Part shown: positions 39,372 through 51,349 of the stretch, one piece after another
Layout of the letters: each line of letters starts with the position of its first letter
Numbering within the stretch: the stretch's first letter is position 1
Assembly: GCA_012026655.1 (NCBI GenBank)
Contig: JAAILG010000655.1
Location: 1-64,000, forward strand
Origin: Hydrolagus affinis
Lineage: Eukaryota
DNA: 64,000 bases
Direction of reading: 5' to 3'
The notes under the pieces: model-generated
Told to the model about the DNA's origin: nothing
The model's input: only the letters and a program-made list of their open reading frames with translations
The model's database searches: none
Program-made: the position numbers and the translations under genes

Positions 39372-40600
39372 CAGCCTGACTCAGTTGGTAGTAATCTCAT
39401 CTTTGTGTCAAAGGGTTGTGGGTTTATGTACCCCCCCCCCCCAACCGCCCAAACTTGAACTTTGAACTCAGTCTATGCTGGCACTACATTGCAGTGCTGG
39501 GGGACCACTAGAATCATAGGATCATAGAATTATACAGCACAGGAAGAGGACATTCGGCCCATCATGTCTGCGTCAGCTCCGAAAAGAGCAATCAAACTCA
39601 ATCCCACTGGCCCACTTTCTCTCCATAGCCCTGGAATCTTGTCCTCCCCAAATACCCATCTACTTTTGTCTTAAAAGTTATTATTAAATCAGCTTCCACT
39701 ATTGTTTCAGGTAATGCATTCCAGATCCGAACAACTCGCTGGTAAAATTTTTTTTCCTAACCTCCCCTCTGTTTCTTTAAACAACTATCTTAAATCGGTG
39801 TCCTCGGGTTACTGACCCACGTGCCAGTGGGAACAATTTTTCCCAGTTCAATCTATCAATTCCCCTCATGATCTTGAAAACCTCTATTAAATCCCCTCTT
39901 AACCTCTTTGCTCTAGGAAGAATAATCATAGTTTTGCTAGGATCCTCATAACTAAGGTCATCCATTCCTGGGACCATCTTGGTAAATCTCCTTTGTATAC
40001 CCTCTCCAATGTCTTAACATGTTTCTAAAGTGTGGTGACTTTTGTATTCTGTGCCCTATTTATAAATCCTAGTTTATAAATCGTTTGCTTTCTTAACAAC
40101 ATTATCTACTTGTCCTGCCACCTTTAGAGAATTGTTTATCTGGACCCCCAGGTCTCTCTGTTGATTTACACCATTAAAATTGTACCATCTAGCTTATACC
40201 ATTTATTTTCATTCTTCCTACCAAAATACCAACACATTTCTCCACATTAAACCTCATCAGCCACGTTTCTGGCCATTTTATCAATCTGTCTAAGTCCTAC
40301 AATGTTGAAAGTCCTGTCCCTTTGGATGAGATATTAAACCAAGTTGCTGTCTATTCAATCAGGGTAGCTTCCACAGCACTATTCAAAAATAGAAGAGTTT
40401 CTCCCTTTGTCCTGGTGAACTATTCCCCACATAATATTGGTCATTCACTTTATCGATATTTGTAAATATTGCTGTGTGCAAAATAGTCTGTTGGATTCGC
40501 CCACAAAATATACAGTCATTGCTCTTCAAATTAAACCACGTGAAGCCATTTGAGACAGCCTGCATACACAAAAAGCACAATAATAAATGCAAGGATTTAT
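39372..40600 (+). mobile_element. Old Deu-domain SINE split in two (39372-39510 and 40300-40600) by a CR1 insertion
   Basis: tRNA-like head on the left. Deu-like ggatgagatattaaacc...cacagcactattcaaaaatagaagagtttctcc and an aaatgcaaggat tail on the right. Confidence 0.7.
39511..40296 (-). mobile_element. CR1 LINE, 3' 0.8 kb
   Basis: Encodes RLRGDLIEVFKIMRGIDRLNWEKLFPLARGSVTRGHRFKI, has a tail at 39511-39530, and CTA at both junctions. Confidence 0.95.
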
Positions 40601-41364
40601 TTAAGAATCGAAAAAAACATTGCCATAAATCATGCAGTGTACCTGGTTAATTTGCTCACACACTGCTAATACGTCCTGGCAGTTTCAAGATATTGTTGCT
40701 CAGTACTCTGTTGAATCCTATGAACGTATGGTGGTGGGAATTGCGGATAATATTGGGGGATTCTGTTTTTTGGTGGCTATGAACTACAGAACAACTAACT
40801 TCATGATTATCTGCCTACACAAGTTAGTCAGGCAAACCTATATATTTTGTTCAGTACTTTCTCATACTTGACCTAATTATGAAGCTAGCTACAGATCCTG
40901 AGATCTTATATTCCCACCAAGTCTCTTCTTTTCTTTGCACATTGATATTCGTAAAGGATAGCAGGAGTCAGGTGAAATATTGCTGTGATTTTTATTGCAA
41001 ATCTGAAAAAGAACATTTTGTAATTACAGTTTCCTTTGAACAAGATCAGCAAGATTTCAATTCAACTTCTAAATGTGCTTATCATAAAATGCTTTTTATG
41101 TTCTCTTTGTATATTTAATGAATGTTAAAATATATTATGATTCATAGTGGTTGGTGATGTGGAATTTGTCTTGAGTCTATTTATTCTCTCCTCTTCCACA
41201 TCTGCTGCTATACTTCGGAGCTTTTTGTGCCTTGACTTTGAGAAATCTGGAGTCTCAGAACCTATTGTCACACAACAGAAATGTTGCACTACATAATCCC
41301 ACATTGTGAACAGTCCAAAGCTTTTCAAAGGAATGGTTCAATCCTTTTAATCGCTGAATGATCA

Positions 41365-42055
41365 TCCTTCTTCAGATGACATGCTAAACTGAGGTTCTTT
41401 CTTTCTTCTGATGGATGTTAAAGGACTGTGGCACAATTTCAAAATAGAAAGGAGTTTTTCTTAGTATCCTGGTCAACAATCCTCCAGATGATAATATTAA
41501 TAATCCTTATATTTAATATAGTGCTTATCACATCTTTGGGATGTCTCAAAGTGCTTCATAAAATATATTGTAAAGTAAATTGACTGTATATTTTTTAGAG
41601 TGAAACATGGCAGTCAATTGAACAAACAGCTGTGGATTGAGTGACCAAGTTATTATTATGTTAAAAATATATATTTTTGGAGAGATTATTATCCAGCCAA
41701 TCAACAAACAACCAAGTTGCTACTTTTGCTAGGTAAATAAATGCATGTAGAGTAGGGAAACTTGCTTAAGGTTTTGCCCTGCCCGGGTCTTCTCTCTTGC
41801 AAGTTGAGTGCTCTAACCAATACGCTACTGGATTCCACCATCAGACAAAATTGTTCATTCACTTCATGGGTGGTTGGAGGGCATTGCTCTATGCATATGA
41901 GCTGCTCTGTGCTTTCAAAAATAGAATTAAAATAGAAAACATTATGCCTGCTACAATTTATACTAAATCTTGTGTAGTGGTTTCAGACATCCACCTGACA
42001 TGTAAGGTGCTACATCAAATGTAAGGGCTATTAATATTATTAGTATTATTATTAT
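41365..42055 (+). mobile_element. Old Deu-domain SINE split by a younger minus-strand SINE (about 41490-41838)
   Basis: Deu-like gatggatgttaaaggactgtggcacaatttc...tcctggtcaac before the insert. 3' half and tail catcaaatgtaagggctattaatattatt after it. Confidence 0.65.
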
Positions 42056-43062
42056 AGTAGTTGACTTCTCAAAACAGAGGCACTTCCTCATGTACATAAT
42101 TAAGGTGTCCACTAGTTTTATAGTTCTGAATTTTTTCTGTGCGATCCTCACTACCTAAATAACAGTAATAAAGATGAGATCTAAATTGGCTAATATCAGG
42201 CAAATCTCCCTGCTTCCTTATTCTATGGGTAGCAAAGATCGCAAAACAGATTTCTAATGGCAATTGTTTGACATACTTACCACCTATGTGAAGATGTCCA
42301 ACCATATGCTAAACATCAGCTGTTAAAGCCTCTTCTTTTCCAATTGTCCTGGAAGTCCAGCTCAGTATGTTAATTGTCAGGAACCACTATACTGTACTAT
42401 ACAAGAGCAGCATCAGGTGGCTGCTTGTTGAATTTTCTGGTTTATAAAGAATTGCTTTGTACTCATATTAACAGCTTTAGAGAGTGAAGAGGTAGACTTT
42501 CAAGGGCTCTCTACTAATACACCCATTGTATCACATTATATCCGCCATAAAAAATGTAATGACAATATTTAAAATCACATTTTTTTAAGGCTTTATTAAA
42601 GGTAATCACACTTGAACTTGTCTAACATTGTGCTGCTGAAGGAGCAGTAAAATTATACTTGTGAGGAGCTTTGAGACATTTCAACATGAGAAGTCACTAT
42701 AAAAGTGCAAGTCTTTTCTTTATTGCACATATCAGAAATAAAATACTATAATAAGTGTCTACAATGTTTACCAAGGATTTCCTGTCGTTTGCTTAATCAA
42801 ATTCTGTTAATGGATAAGAATGCAAATCCATAGTAGGATTCATGCAGTTTTTGGATTCCCTTTTGCATCTCCACTATTAAAAATGTATGTTTACACCATT
42901 TGGCAGTCTTCAAAGGTGGCTCATTTTTCTGGAAAATTATCTTATCAATTTGTCTGTTTTAGGAAAAAGCCATCATTAAATGTATTTTGTCACAATGGCT
43001 GAATGGCTGAATGTGATCCATGTAGGACAACAAAAAAGAATTGTTCAAAACATAAAAGTGAA

Positions 43063-43117
43063 TTGCTCATTTGATTGCTTGCTCATTTGATTGCTTGCTC
43101 ATTTGATTGCTTGCTCA
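43063..43117. repeat. Perfect 16-bp tandem repeat, 3.4 copies
   Basis: (ttgctcatttgattgc)3 followed by ttgctca. Confidence 0.95.
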
Positions 43118-45574
43118 AAGCATGGACAGTAGTGGCAGGCATTGTAAACGGTCGCAGATCATTTGTTGGACATACTGTGCTATTGGATTCAGTCCCAGCC
43201 ATTTTAAATTTCCCATGACAATTACCAATTTACATTAGAACAATTGTTGGTTACAGATTCAGGTCACATATTTAGTTAGTCCTCTCATTATTCTGTGTCA
43301 GTTCTTTTTCAAGTATGGTTCTTCCTGGATTTCAGCAATTTGCTCTTATGATGTCAATTACAGCATTCACAGTGTGTGGTAAGACCGAGGGCAGGATGCA
43401 CCACAACTAGCCTGCATTTAAAACCTAATCGTAAAGCATTGGAAAACGGCTTCTCGGTCTGATGAAATTGTGAACTATGCCAAAAATGCTACATTTGCAA
43501 CATTTAAAGATTTACTACCAGTGGTAAATTACTCCACATTTACCTATCCTTCCTTCCCTGTTTCTTTGTGTGGTGACTTTCAGAAAAGATGTGGGTGAAT
43601 ATTACAAACTTATTTGTGTTCATTAATACATTGTTGAACAATGTGATTAGTAAGTGTCTTAATTGATTGCATGTGAATACCAACCCCACACACCTCTGTC
43701 ACAATAGCTGAGCTTGAATTTGCCACCTAATGCACATTTCATCTGTGATTAGTAGATTGAGCATTTGACTACTGGGTAACAGATCACATTGGGTGAATAG
43801 GGTTTAGGAGATGAAGCAGGTCAGTGCTTGCCAAGTGGATTAGGGTTTTAGAAGGTCACAGAGGTAAGCGGGGCAGTTAACCAATTTGGACACCGACTGG
43901 CTACATTTCTCAATGATGTGTTAAAACACCACTTTTTGTAATTTTCACTGTCATACCCAGATACATCCATTGGATTCATTTTTTCTGCAAAATGAATTAA
44001 TGATGGAGGTACCAAGACACTGTAGTACCAGGCATTGATTACAAGCAACTGAACAACCACTAGTCACTGCAGATACATGGGTTTGAGAGTTTTGATGTCT
44101 AATTGTTCAACTGTGTGAAGTAACTTAAGATGTTCTCCTAACATGAAAGGTGCTTAAATTGATATAATATGAATTGTTGTTGCTTTTCTATATTGGAAGC
44201 ACAGTGTAGTTGTGAATGACTTGTATGCTCTGTGGGACTATGTGTATAAAGACATAGATATGCAAATCATGTGCTTGAGAAATAGAAAAGTATTTTGTGA
44301 TGGAGCTTTTCTGTACCTCGACAAATTTGCATTCTCAAGGCTTTCTAATTTTCTAATATTGGGAGTTCACCACCTTATTCTCTGTGTGACTTATGTTGCA
44401 ATGTTAAGTTTGCTTTTGAATGTAAAGGAGCAGTAGAGATTGAGACAGCATAATTGATTCATGGCAGATTTCAATTGTGGTCCATGAACTCTCACATTGT
44501 GGCATATTCACTGTAGCTTTATCCTGCTATTTTCACAATTATTAGTGTACAAAAATATACGATTGCTCCCATTTCTATGCCAGCACAAGTTTTTTTTTAC
44601 ATATACTGTGCTATTTCTCAACGGATATTTTAATTAAGAAATCCAGAAATGTTTCACACCGATTTACAGGACCTCTGCACCAAATTCTATCTATTTTTGG
44701 ATTAGAGATCCCTCGAGTCAGAGTGGCTTGTGCAACCTTTTGCTTTTTTTCCGAGTCATCACTTCCATGAAGGGAGCTGTAGATAAGAAATACTGCAAAC
44801 TTGACTGCACAATTTCCAGCTTCGCAAAAGAGTGTACAGTACTGTAATTATTCTATTATCCAGTACACTAAGCCTCACATAAGTCGTATATGACTTATGC
44901 AAAGTATGAGTTATGTTGAAAGGTGCAGAAGTATCATATATGACTTATTTATAGTAATGTATAAGTCAGATTTTATGACAAAGCGCATAACAAAAATACA
45001 CAAGTACTCAACTGGCTGGTGACATTAAGGCAAGGCTTCTGTACCTATGCATATTAAAGCTAGAAAACTCCATTCTTTTCAAACACAGTATTGCATAGGT
45101 CAAATTAATTATTCAAAGTCTGCGTCTTCAAATCAAAGTTTCATTTCAGGATTCGACTTTCAAAATTGCTGATACTTCTGCTAATAGGTCCTTGTCACTA
45201 ATTTATGTTTTGTGGGCTGTCTGCATTGTTCATGATTGGGTTAAATGACTCTGCCATTGCTCGGTGACATGAGCTCATTACTGCCACTAACTTGTCAGTC
45301 AGAAACCCTTCATACACCAAGCTGTCCGTGGCTTCACTGCTTCCCACTTACTGGAAGTTTTAGGTAAAAGGGAAACCTCTCCTGGAATATTTGATTATAA
45401 CTGAACGATGGAAAAACTCCCCCAAATCAACATTACCTCTTTCCACATTTGGCTAGTGGAATATTGGGCCACATGACATTCTGTACAGTCATGCTCTGTT
45501 AGTCTAGAAGTGAGCTGTTAACTCCTTATCTATGGATAAACCGCAATGAGGAAGGAACTTAAGAGCATCGTGGG

Positions 45575-45710
45575 AGAGGAAGGAGGTGCTGATCCTTGTG
45601 GGCTGGGGTGATGATCAAGTACATCGCTTTCTCCTGGTGAGCTTCTTGAGTTCTGCAGCTGCATTCATCCAAACAAGTAATGAATATTTTATCACAATCT
45701 GATTTGTAGA
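45575..45710 (-). mobile_element. Decayed CR1/L2-group LINE fragment
   Basis: Minus strand resembles the YKxQVRSxMEYSxLAWMxAA...LKKL post-RT region. Confidence 0.5.
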
Positions 45711-45994
45711 TTATAAGATTGATTTGGATTAAAAATTATTTGATCCCATCCTTTCAGATTCCCCATCGTACATCCTTTCCATTATAACATCAAGCTATTT
45801 TCTAAATGAATGCACCACCTTTCCTGATAACCTGTTCCAATAATTACCCTTTTGGTAACAAAATCCTTCCTGGTATTTGGACTGAAATTGACCCTTGAAA
45901 CCTTAAACTCTTGTTCTACTTACTTGGTAGGTTTACTTTCTTAAACCCATTCAATCTTTTTTTTACTTTTATTTATCTTTTATGTATCTGAGAT

Positions 45995-46200
45995 ATTTGG
46001 TTCCGGGATGCATTGCTGGACACCAATTTGATAACAAATTTCAAGAGAGAAGTAGATAATAATTTGGGGAGGACAGGTTTGCAAGGCTATGGGGAGAGTG
46101 TGGAGGAATGGACTGATCTGAATAGCTCTTTTCAAAGAGCCAGCACAGATGCAATGGGCTGAATGGCCTCCTTCTGTGCTTTATAATTCTATGATTCTAT
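45995..46200 (+). mobile_element. CR1 3' end
   Basis: Matches 28290-28505 and ends in attctatgattctat. Confidence 0.85.
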
Positions 46201-46639
46201 ACTAATAAAATGACTATGTCTGTCTGTACCTCAAGAATGACATGATTTATACATCACCAGAAAGGATTTGCAACTAGGAGTGACATGGGAATATTTATTT
46301 TTTTAGGTATCCTATCGTCATGAGTTAGTTCAGTTTAGCATTTTTTGCTGGAGTTATACCTAGTGGCCATTGTACATAGGTACAGAACACCATGATGCAG
46401 TTACACCTTGTGGCTACTCCGCCTGACTGCACCACTATGGCATCCTGGGTCACAAAGCATGCATGTAGCCAAGTGGGGGGAACAAAATGAAGAACACAGA
46501 TAAAACTGAGCCATGACAACAACAAGAAAATTACATTTTCTCCCACTGGTTCCTCCCAAAATGAGTCCTCCCACAGTTGTTCTCCCAGATAAGTATAGCT
46601 AAAGATGAAATATCTGCCTGTGTGTCAATCTACATTCCA

Positions 46640-46975
46640 TGTTGGATCCTTGGGCTGCAAGCGTAGTTGCAACGGCTTATATACCTCTTTCTTTTTAAGT
46701 CTTAAGAGTCCTAATAATTGCTCATAGTTTATTCATCTGACACGAGGGATTATCCTCATTGCTCTCCACTGCATGGGTCTGGTCAGCCGCATTATGTCAC
46801 AACAATCAGAACTGTATACAGTACTCTTATGTGCAGCCTGACCAGAGCACTCTACAGGTTGAATATGACTTATGCGGATTTGAATTCAACAGATTTTGTA
46901 ATATAGCCCAACATGCTGTTTGTCTTATTAATGGTGGTTCACAGTTGAGAGGCTTTGAGGAGTTATGAGGTGAGC
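46640..46975 (-). mobile_element. Decayed CR1 ORF2 fragment
   Basis: Minus strand encodes KTNSMLGYITKSVEFKS...SALVRLH...EYCIQF with stops. Confidence 0.75.
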
Positions 46976-47800
46976 CATTTGTCATTGAGGATGTTCCCTC
47001 TGCCCTGCATTTGTAGCCATAGTGTAAATGTTACTGACTCAGTTAAGTTTCTCTTTACAGTGCTGTGACAAGCTTCCTGGTTTAGATATTCTGTTGGTGT
47101 ATAAATTTTGTTCTCCAAAGTAACCCTCCTGTAATTGTTTTGGTAGCTTCTAAGATATTTAGCATCCGTTCTGCCACATTGCACCTGCATGAAAACAAAT
47201 AAGCAGCCGAAAACTAATATATCTAGAAAGAAACTAAAATACTCTAAACATGTGAAATTTATTTTAATTCAAATGCTGCAGAGAATTTTATTATCACTGC
47301 AATGATATTAAATGTGTGAAGCTAAAGCAATTTGTTGGTTTACTCCATGCTGCGCCTGAATCCTCTTCCTGTTAGCACCCCGAGGATTGATGTGGAATGA
47401 TGTACACTTCAGTGCAATTTTATTACTTCTTGACACCAAACGCTTCAGTGTCTGAGGTGAGACTTCACTGTGGGACTCCACCAACATTCTCCAATATCCA
47501 GTCTCCGAGGTGAGATTGCATTGTTGGATTGCACAACCATTCTCCTTACGGTAATTCAGCCTCTGAGATAACACTATGTGTCGTTCTCTACAACACTGTT
47601 AGAACAGAAGTGAACAGAACAATTCAAACGTCATTTAGTATTTATTTATTTATTTTGGGTGGAAAGAGAAGAAATTATCTGTTCGTAAGATAAGCTCAGG
47701 GTCGGAGTTCCCCTGAGCTGGGGGAAATCAAGGAGTGTTTATAGTCTTGATCTCTACGCAGAAACCACTGTTGGAATGTACACCCATTTGAACATCAGTC

Positions 47801-47934
47801 AAAACACAAAATACTACAGATGCTGGGAATCTGAAACAAAAACAGAAGTTGCTGGAAAAATTCAGCAGGTCAGGCAGCATCCATGGAGAAAGGAAAATGA
47901 GTCAAGGTTTCAGATCCACCACCCTGCATCAGAA
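47801..47934 (-). mobile_element. Penelope-like terminal repeat remnant with a degenerate hammerhead motif
   Basis: gatgctgggaatctgaaacaaaaacaga...ctggaaaaattcagcaggtcaggcagcatc resembles a common cartilaginous fish repeat (recalled, not searched). Minus strand has CTGATG...GAAAC. Related pieces lie at 22825-22875 and 30210-30250. Confidence 0.55.
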
Positions 47935-48186
47935 TGGCAGTAACTTATACAAACCAAACAGCTTGTTGTTCCTCTTTGTTGCTTTTCCTGGTGTTTCCCT
48001 CTTTTCTCTCATGAGTGAAGCACTTCCTCCTAACAACTTTAGCTTTTACACGGTCAGCTGGTTCTTACAGATTTCATTGAAATAAAACATAGGAAGATTG
48101 TTTAATTGCTATGTACACGCAATCTTTATATACAGTTTTTCTTTGTCATTGTTTGTTTGTGCAAGATGAGTATGAAGAAAGACAGT

Positions 48187-48712
48187 ATAATAATAAACTT
48201 TGCATTCAATAAGTGCTTTTCACATCTATATATATATATAAAAGTCTTAGGTATGTTTCCGCAATTGTAACAATGAATTTCTAAAAGAAAAACAAAAACC
48301 AATACAGCATAAAAACAAAAACAACCCAGTGATTAAAGCTCACCTTTTTTGTAAACAGCAAATGTATTATTTTAAAATGTTTCAAAATATATGAATAAAT
48401 GTGTTCAAAAACGCTAGGCCGCGTATGTTACGTGGGGGTATAGCTAGTACTCTAGATATCTCAAATGCTTCACAGAATATACTGTGAAGTGCATTGACAG
48501 TATATTTGTTGGCAAAACACGCAGCCAATTGCACAGAGCAGTGTCCCACAAATAGTCGTAGATTTAAGTAAATTTTACTACTGTTATTCTTTTCTTGAGC
48601 AATTGCTATCAGGCATGCAGAGTAAGGAAACTTGCCCAGGTTGCCTGCTGAGAATCAAACCCTGGTCTCTCACTTGTGAGTTGAGTGTTCTAACCACTGA
48701 GCTACAGGACTC
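48187..48712 (-). mobile_element. tRNA-derived SINE interrupted by a Helitron
   Basis: Tail at 48187-48224, body and head at 48448-48712. Confidence 0.85.
48225..48447 (+). mobile_element. Non-autonomous Helitron (rolling-circle transposon)
   Basis: 5' TC(TA)n, 3' CTAG, hairpin ccgcgta-tgt-tacgtgg 8 nt before CTAG, inserted between A and T with no TSD. Confidence 0.8.
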
Positions 48713-49338
48713 CGTTATGATGCGAAATTATACTAAAACTAAATGGATAATTCAAGTGCTAGTGAATTACCTCATACTGTGCTGAATATTTCTGCATTTC
48801 TTTCTACCACTGATAGTTAATGAAACCATTAAATGAAAATATGCTCTCAATAATTGTTTGCAATAACTTGTCTCTCTGGGAAATCAGCTATTGACCCCAG
48901 TGAATTACTGCACAATAATACTGCTCTCCTAATACTCTATTGTGAAAATGATGTTTGTAAGATCCAGATGGACTTGTATTATGGTGTTCAAATACATGTA
49001 TAGAAGAAAATAAATACAGGTATAGTCATGAATCTATCAGATCTCAGGAACCTCTGGAATAGCCTGAATAATTGAATACAATCTGTGGTTATAGATGGAC
49101 ATGGAGGTTATATTGATATTGAGAATGTGTTTTTGAATCTACAAAAATATCTATAGATAGACAGAAAATAAACAAAACTTTATTTTAAAATAAAAGAAGA
49201 TCAAAATAATTTTTTTTATAAATGAAAAATGGCTATGAGATTGCTGCAAGTGGCTTTGATTCTGGTAACTATACATATTCTATGTGAAAACACCATTAAT
49301 AATGAACCATTATGTTCAGGACAATGCTTCTACAACAC

Positions 49339-49545
49339 AATTCCATTTGGGTCTAGATTCACTCAGTTGTTCTCACCGGCGTCCAGAACTTGGCAAATTC
49401 GTAAATTGTCGTTGTAGCTTTTTTTTTAGCAACTTAAAAACTTAACGAAACTGCATTCAAATTAAAAACGTATTTAAGAAACTACCAAATTCTGGATGCC
49501 ACGAATAGCTATGAAAATAGAAGAAATCTAGGACTAAGCGGAATT
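49339..49545. mobile_element. Decayed palindromic MITE-like element
   Basis: Two nested imperfect inverted repeat pairs: aattccatttgggtctagattc with gaaatctaggactaagcggaatt, and ggcgtccagaacttggc with taccaaattctggatgcc. Confidence 0.6.
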
Positions 49546-50044
49546 TCTACCCCAGTAAACAGTGTGAACTGACAGATATTTTACAATTTGCAGCAATCCA
49601 CTGGAACCTGCTTGATCCTTTATACTGTACCTACAAAATAAATATTTTCTAGCTATATAAAGTTAACATATAATTCTCAGATACTTCATTTTTCTATCAC
49701 AGGAGGTAGTCTGATTTCCAAGGGTCATAACGTATCCAAAACATCCTGAGGAACATTCACAAAATCACACTCTCATCACATTTACACAACCACCACACCC
49801 ATCACTGAATCAAGCACCAACAAACAGGATTATGCACCTAATGCAAAAATGACACCATCTTCAATCTGAAAACGATGACTTCCTAAGGACTGAGTTCAGA
49901 TCACTCCTGAAAATTTCCTCTTCAAACGTGCCTTCGGTCACCTCCCCTAAATTTACAGCTCGGCATCAAGTCACACTGTTGCTCAACACTCTGAGATGAA
50001 GGGTGTTGTATAAATGAAACCTGTTGTAGTTGAATATGTTATCT

Positions 50045-51349
50045 GCCCTTCCTCTCAAAAGCACTGGAACGCGTTGTCGCAAACCAACTCCGCGTCCACC
50101 TCTCCTCCCACTCCCTCTTCGAACCCCTCCAGTCCGGTTTCCGCCCTGCCCACAGTACAGAGACTGCGCTTGTGAAAGTCACAAACGACGTCGTCTCTAT
50201 CTATGACCAGGGTTTCCTCTGCCTCCTTATCCTCCTGGACCTGTCGGCTGCCTTTGACACAGTCGACCATGCCATCCTCCTCCACCGCCTGTCCTCCGCC
50301 ATCCACCTCCGCACTCGCCTGGTTCGAGTCCTACCTCACAAACCGCCAGCAGTACATCTCCACAAATGGTTTTTCCTCCCGCACTCACCCAGTTACTTGC
50401 GGGATACCCCAGGGATCCATCCTTGGCCCCCTCCTTTTCCTAATCTACACGCTTCCTCTTGGGGATGTGATCCGCAGACATGGGGCGCACTTCCACATGT
50501 ACACGGATGACACCCAACTCTATCTCTCCACTTCACTTTGTGACCCCCAGTCCCCTGATGTTCTGTCAGGCTGCCTTTCGGACATCAGGGGCTGGATGAG
50601 CACAAATTTCTTGCAGCTGAATGTTGACAAGACGGAGGCCATACTCCTTGGCTCTCGTCAACGTCTCCATTCGAACGGTTCTCACCTCCTCCACCTTCCC
50701 AGCCTGCCCCTAAAACTCACCGCAACCTTGGCATCAGGTTCGACCCCCAACTGTCCTTCGTCCCCCACATCCAGTTCGTCATCACCAGCACGGTCTTCTA
50801 CCACCTCCGACGGATCGCCCGTCTCCGGCAATACCTCACCTTAAAAGCCGCCGAAACCTTGGTCCACGCCTTTGTCACCTCTCGGTTGGCCTATTGCAAT
50901 GCCCTCCTCGCCAGTCTCCCCTCCACCACAATCCACAAAATCCAGCTTATCCAAAACTCTGCCGCCCGCATACTCACCTGCTCTAAGCTTCGCTCCCCAN
51001 NNNNNNNNNNNNNNNNNNNNNNNNNNNNNNNNNNNNNNNNNNNNNNNNNNNNNNNNNNNNNNNNNNNNNNNNNNNNNNNNNNNNNNNNNNNNNNNNNNNC
51101 ACCCTCGGCGGCCGTGCCTTTAGCCACTACGCCCCGAGGCTCTGGAACTCCCTTCCTCACTCGCTTCGCCTCACCCCCTCTCTTCCCAGTTTCAGGTCAC
51201 AGTTGAAGACCTTTCTCTTCGACCGAGCTTTTGGTCACCTTCCTGCCCCTGCCCCTGGCTCGGTCCCGGGTTCCGCTACTGTGAAGCGCTCTGAGACGCC
51301 GTCTGGCGTGGAGGGCGCTATATAAATTGAAGTTGTTGTTGTTGTTGTT
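50045..51349 (+). pseudogene. 5'-truncated young L2 LINE with a frameshifted reverse transcriptase
   Basis: [49 protein letters not shown] and LVHAFVTSRLAYCN spread across shifted frames. (TTG)n tail and candidate TSD TGTTATCT. Confidence 0.95.
51000..51099. other. Assembly gap (100 N)
   Basis: Exactly 100 N, typical of a placeholder for unknown length. Confidence 0.98.

Noticed and set aside
43063-43117. Direct repeats as a possible CRISPR array
   Set aside because: The 16-bp units are contiguous with no spacers, there are no cas genes, and the context is eukaryotic.
47693-47719. 9-bp hairpins here and at 33962-33982
   Set aside because: A few stems this short are expected by chance in 64 kb.
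50203-50844. 213-aa reverse transcriptase ORF as a functional gene or retron-like system
   Set aside because: It is a frameshifted, 5'-truncated L2 ORF2 fragment with several decayed paralogues in the window.
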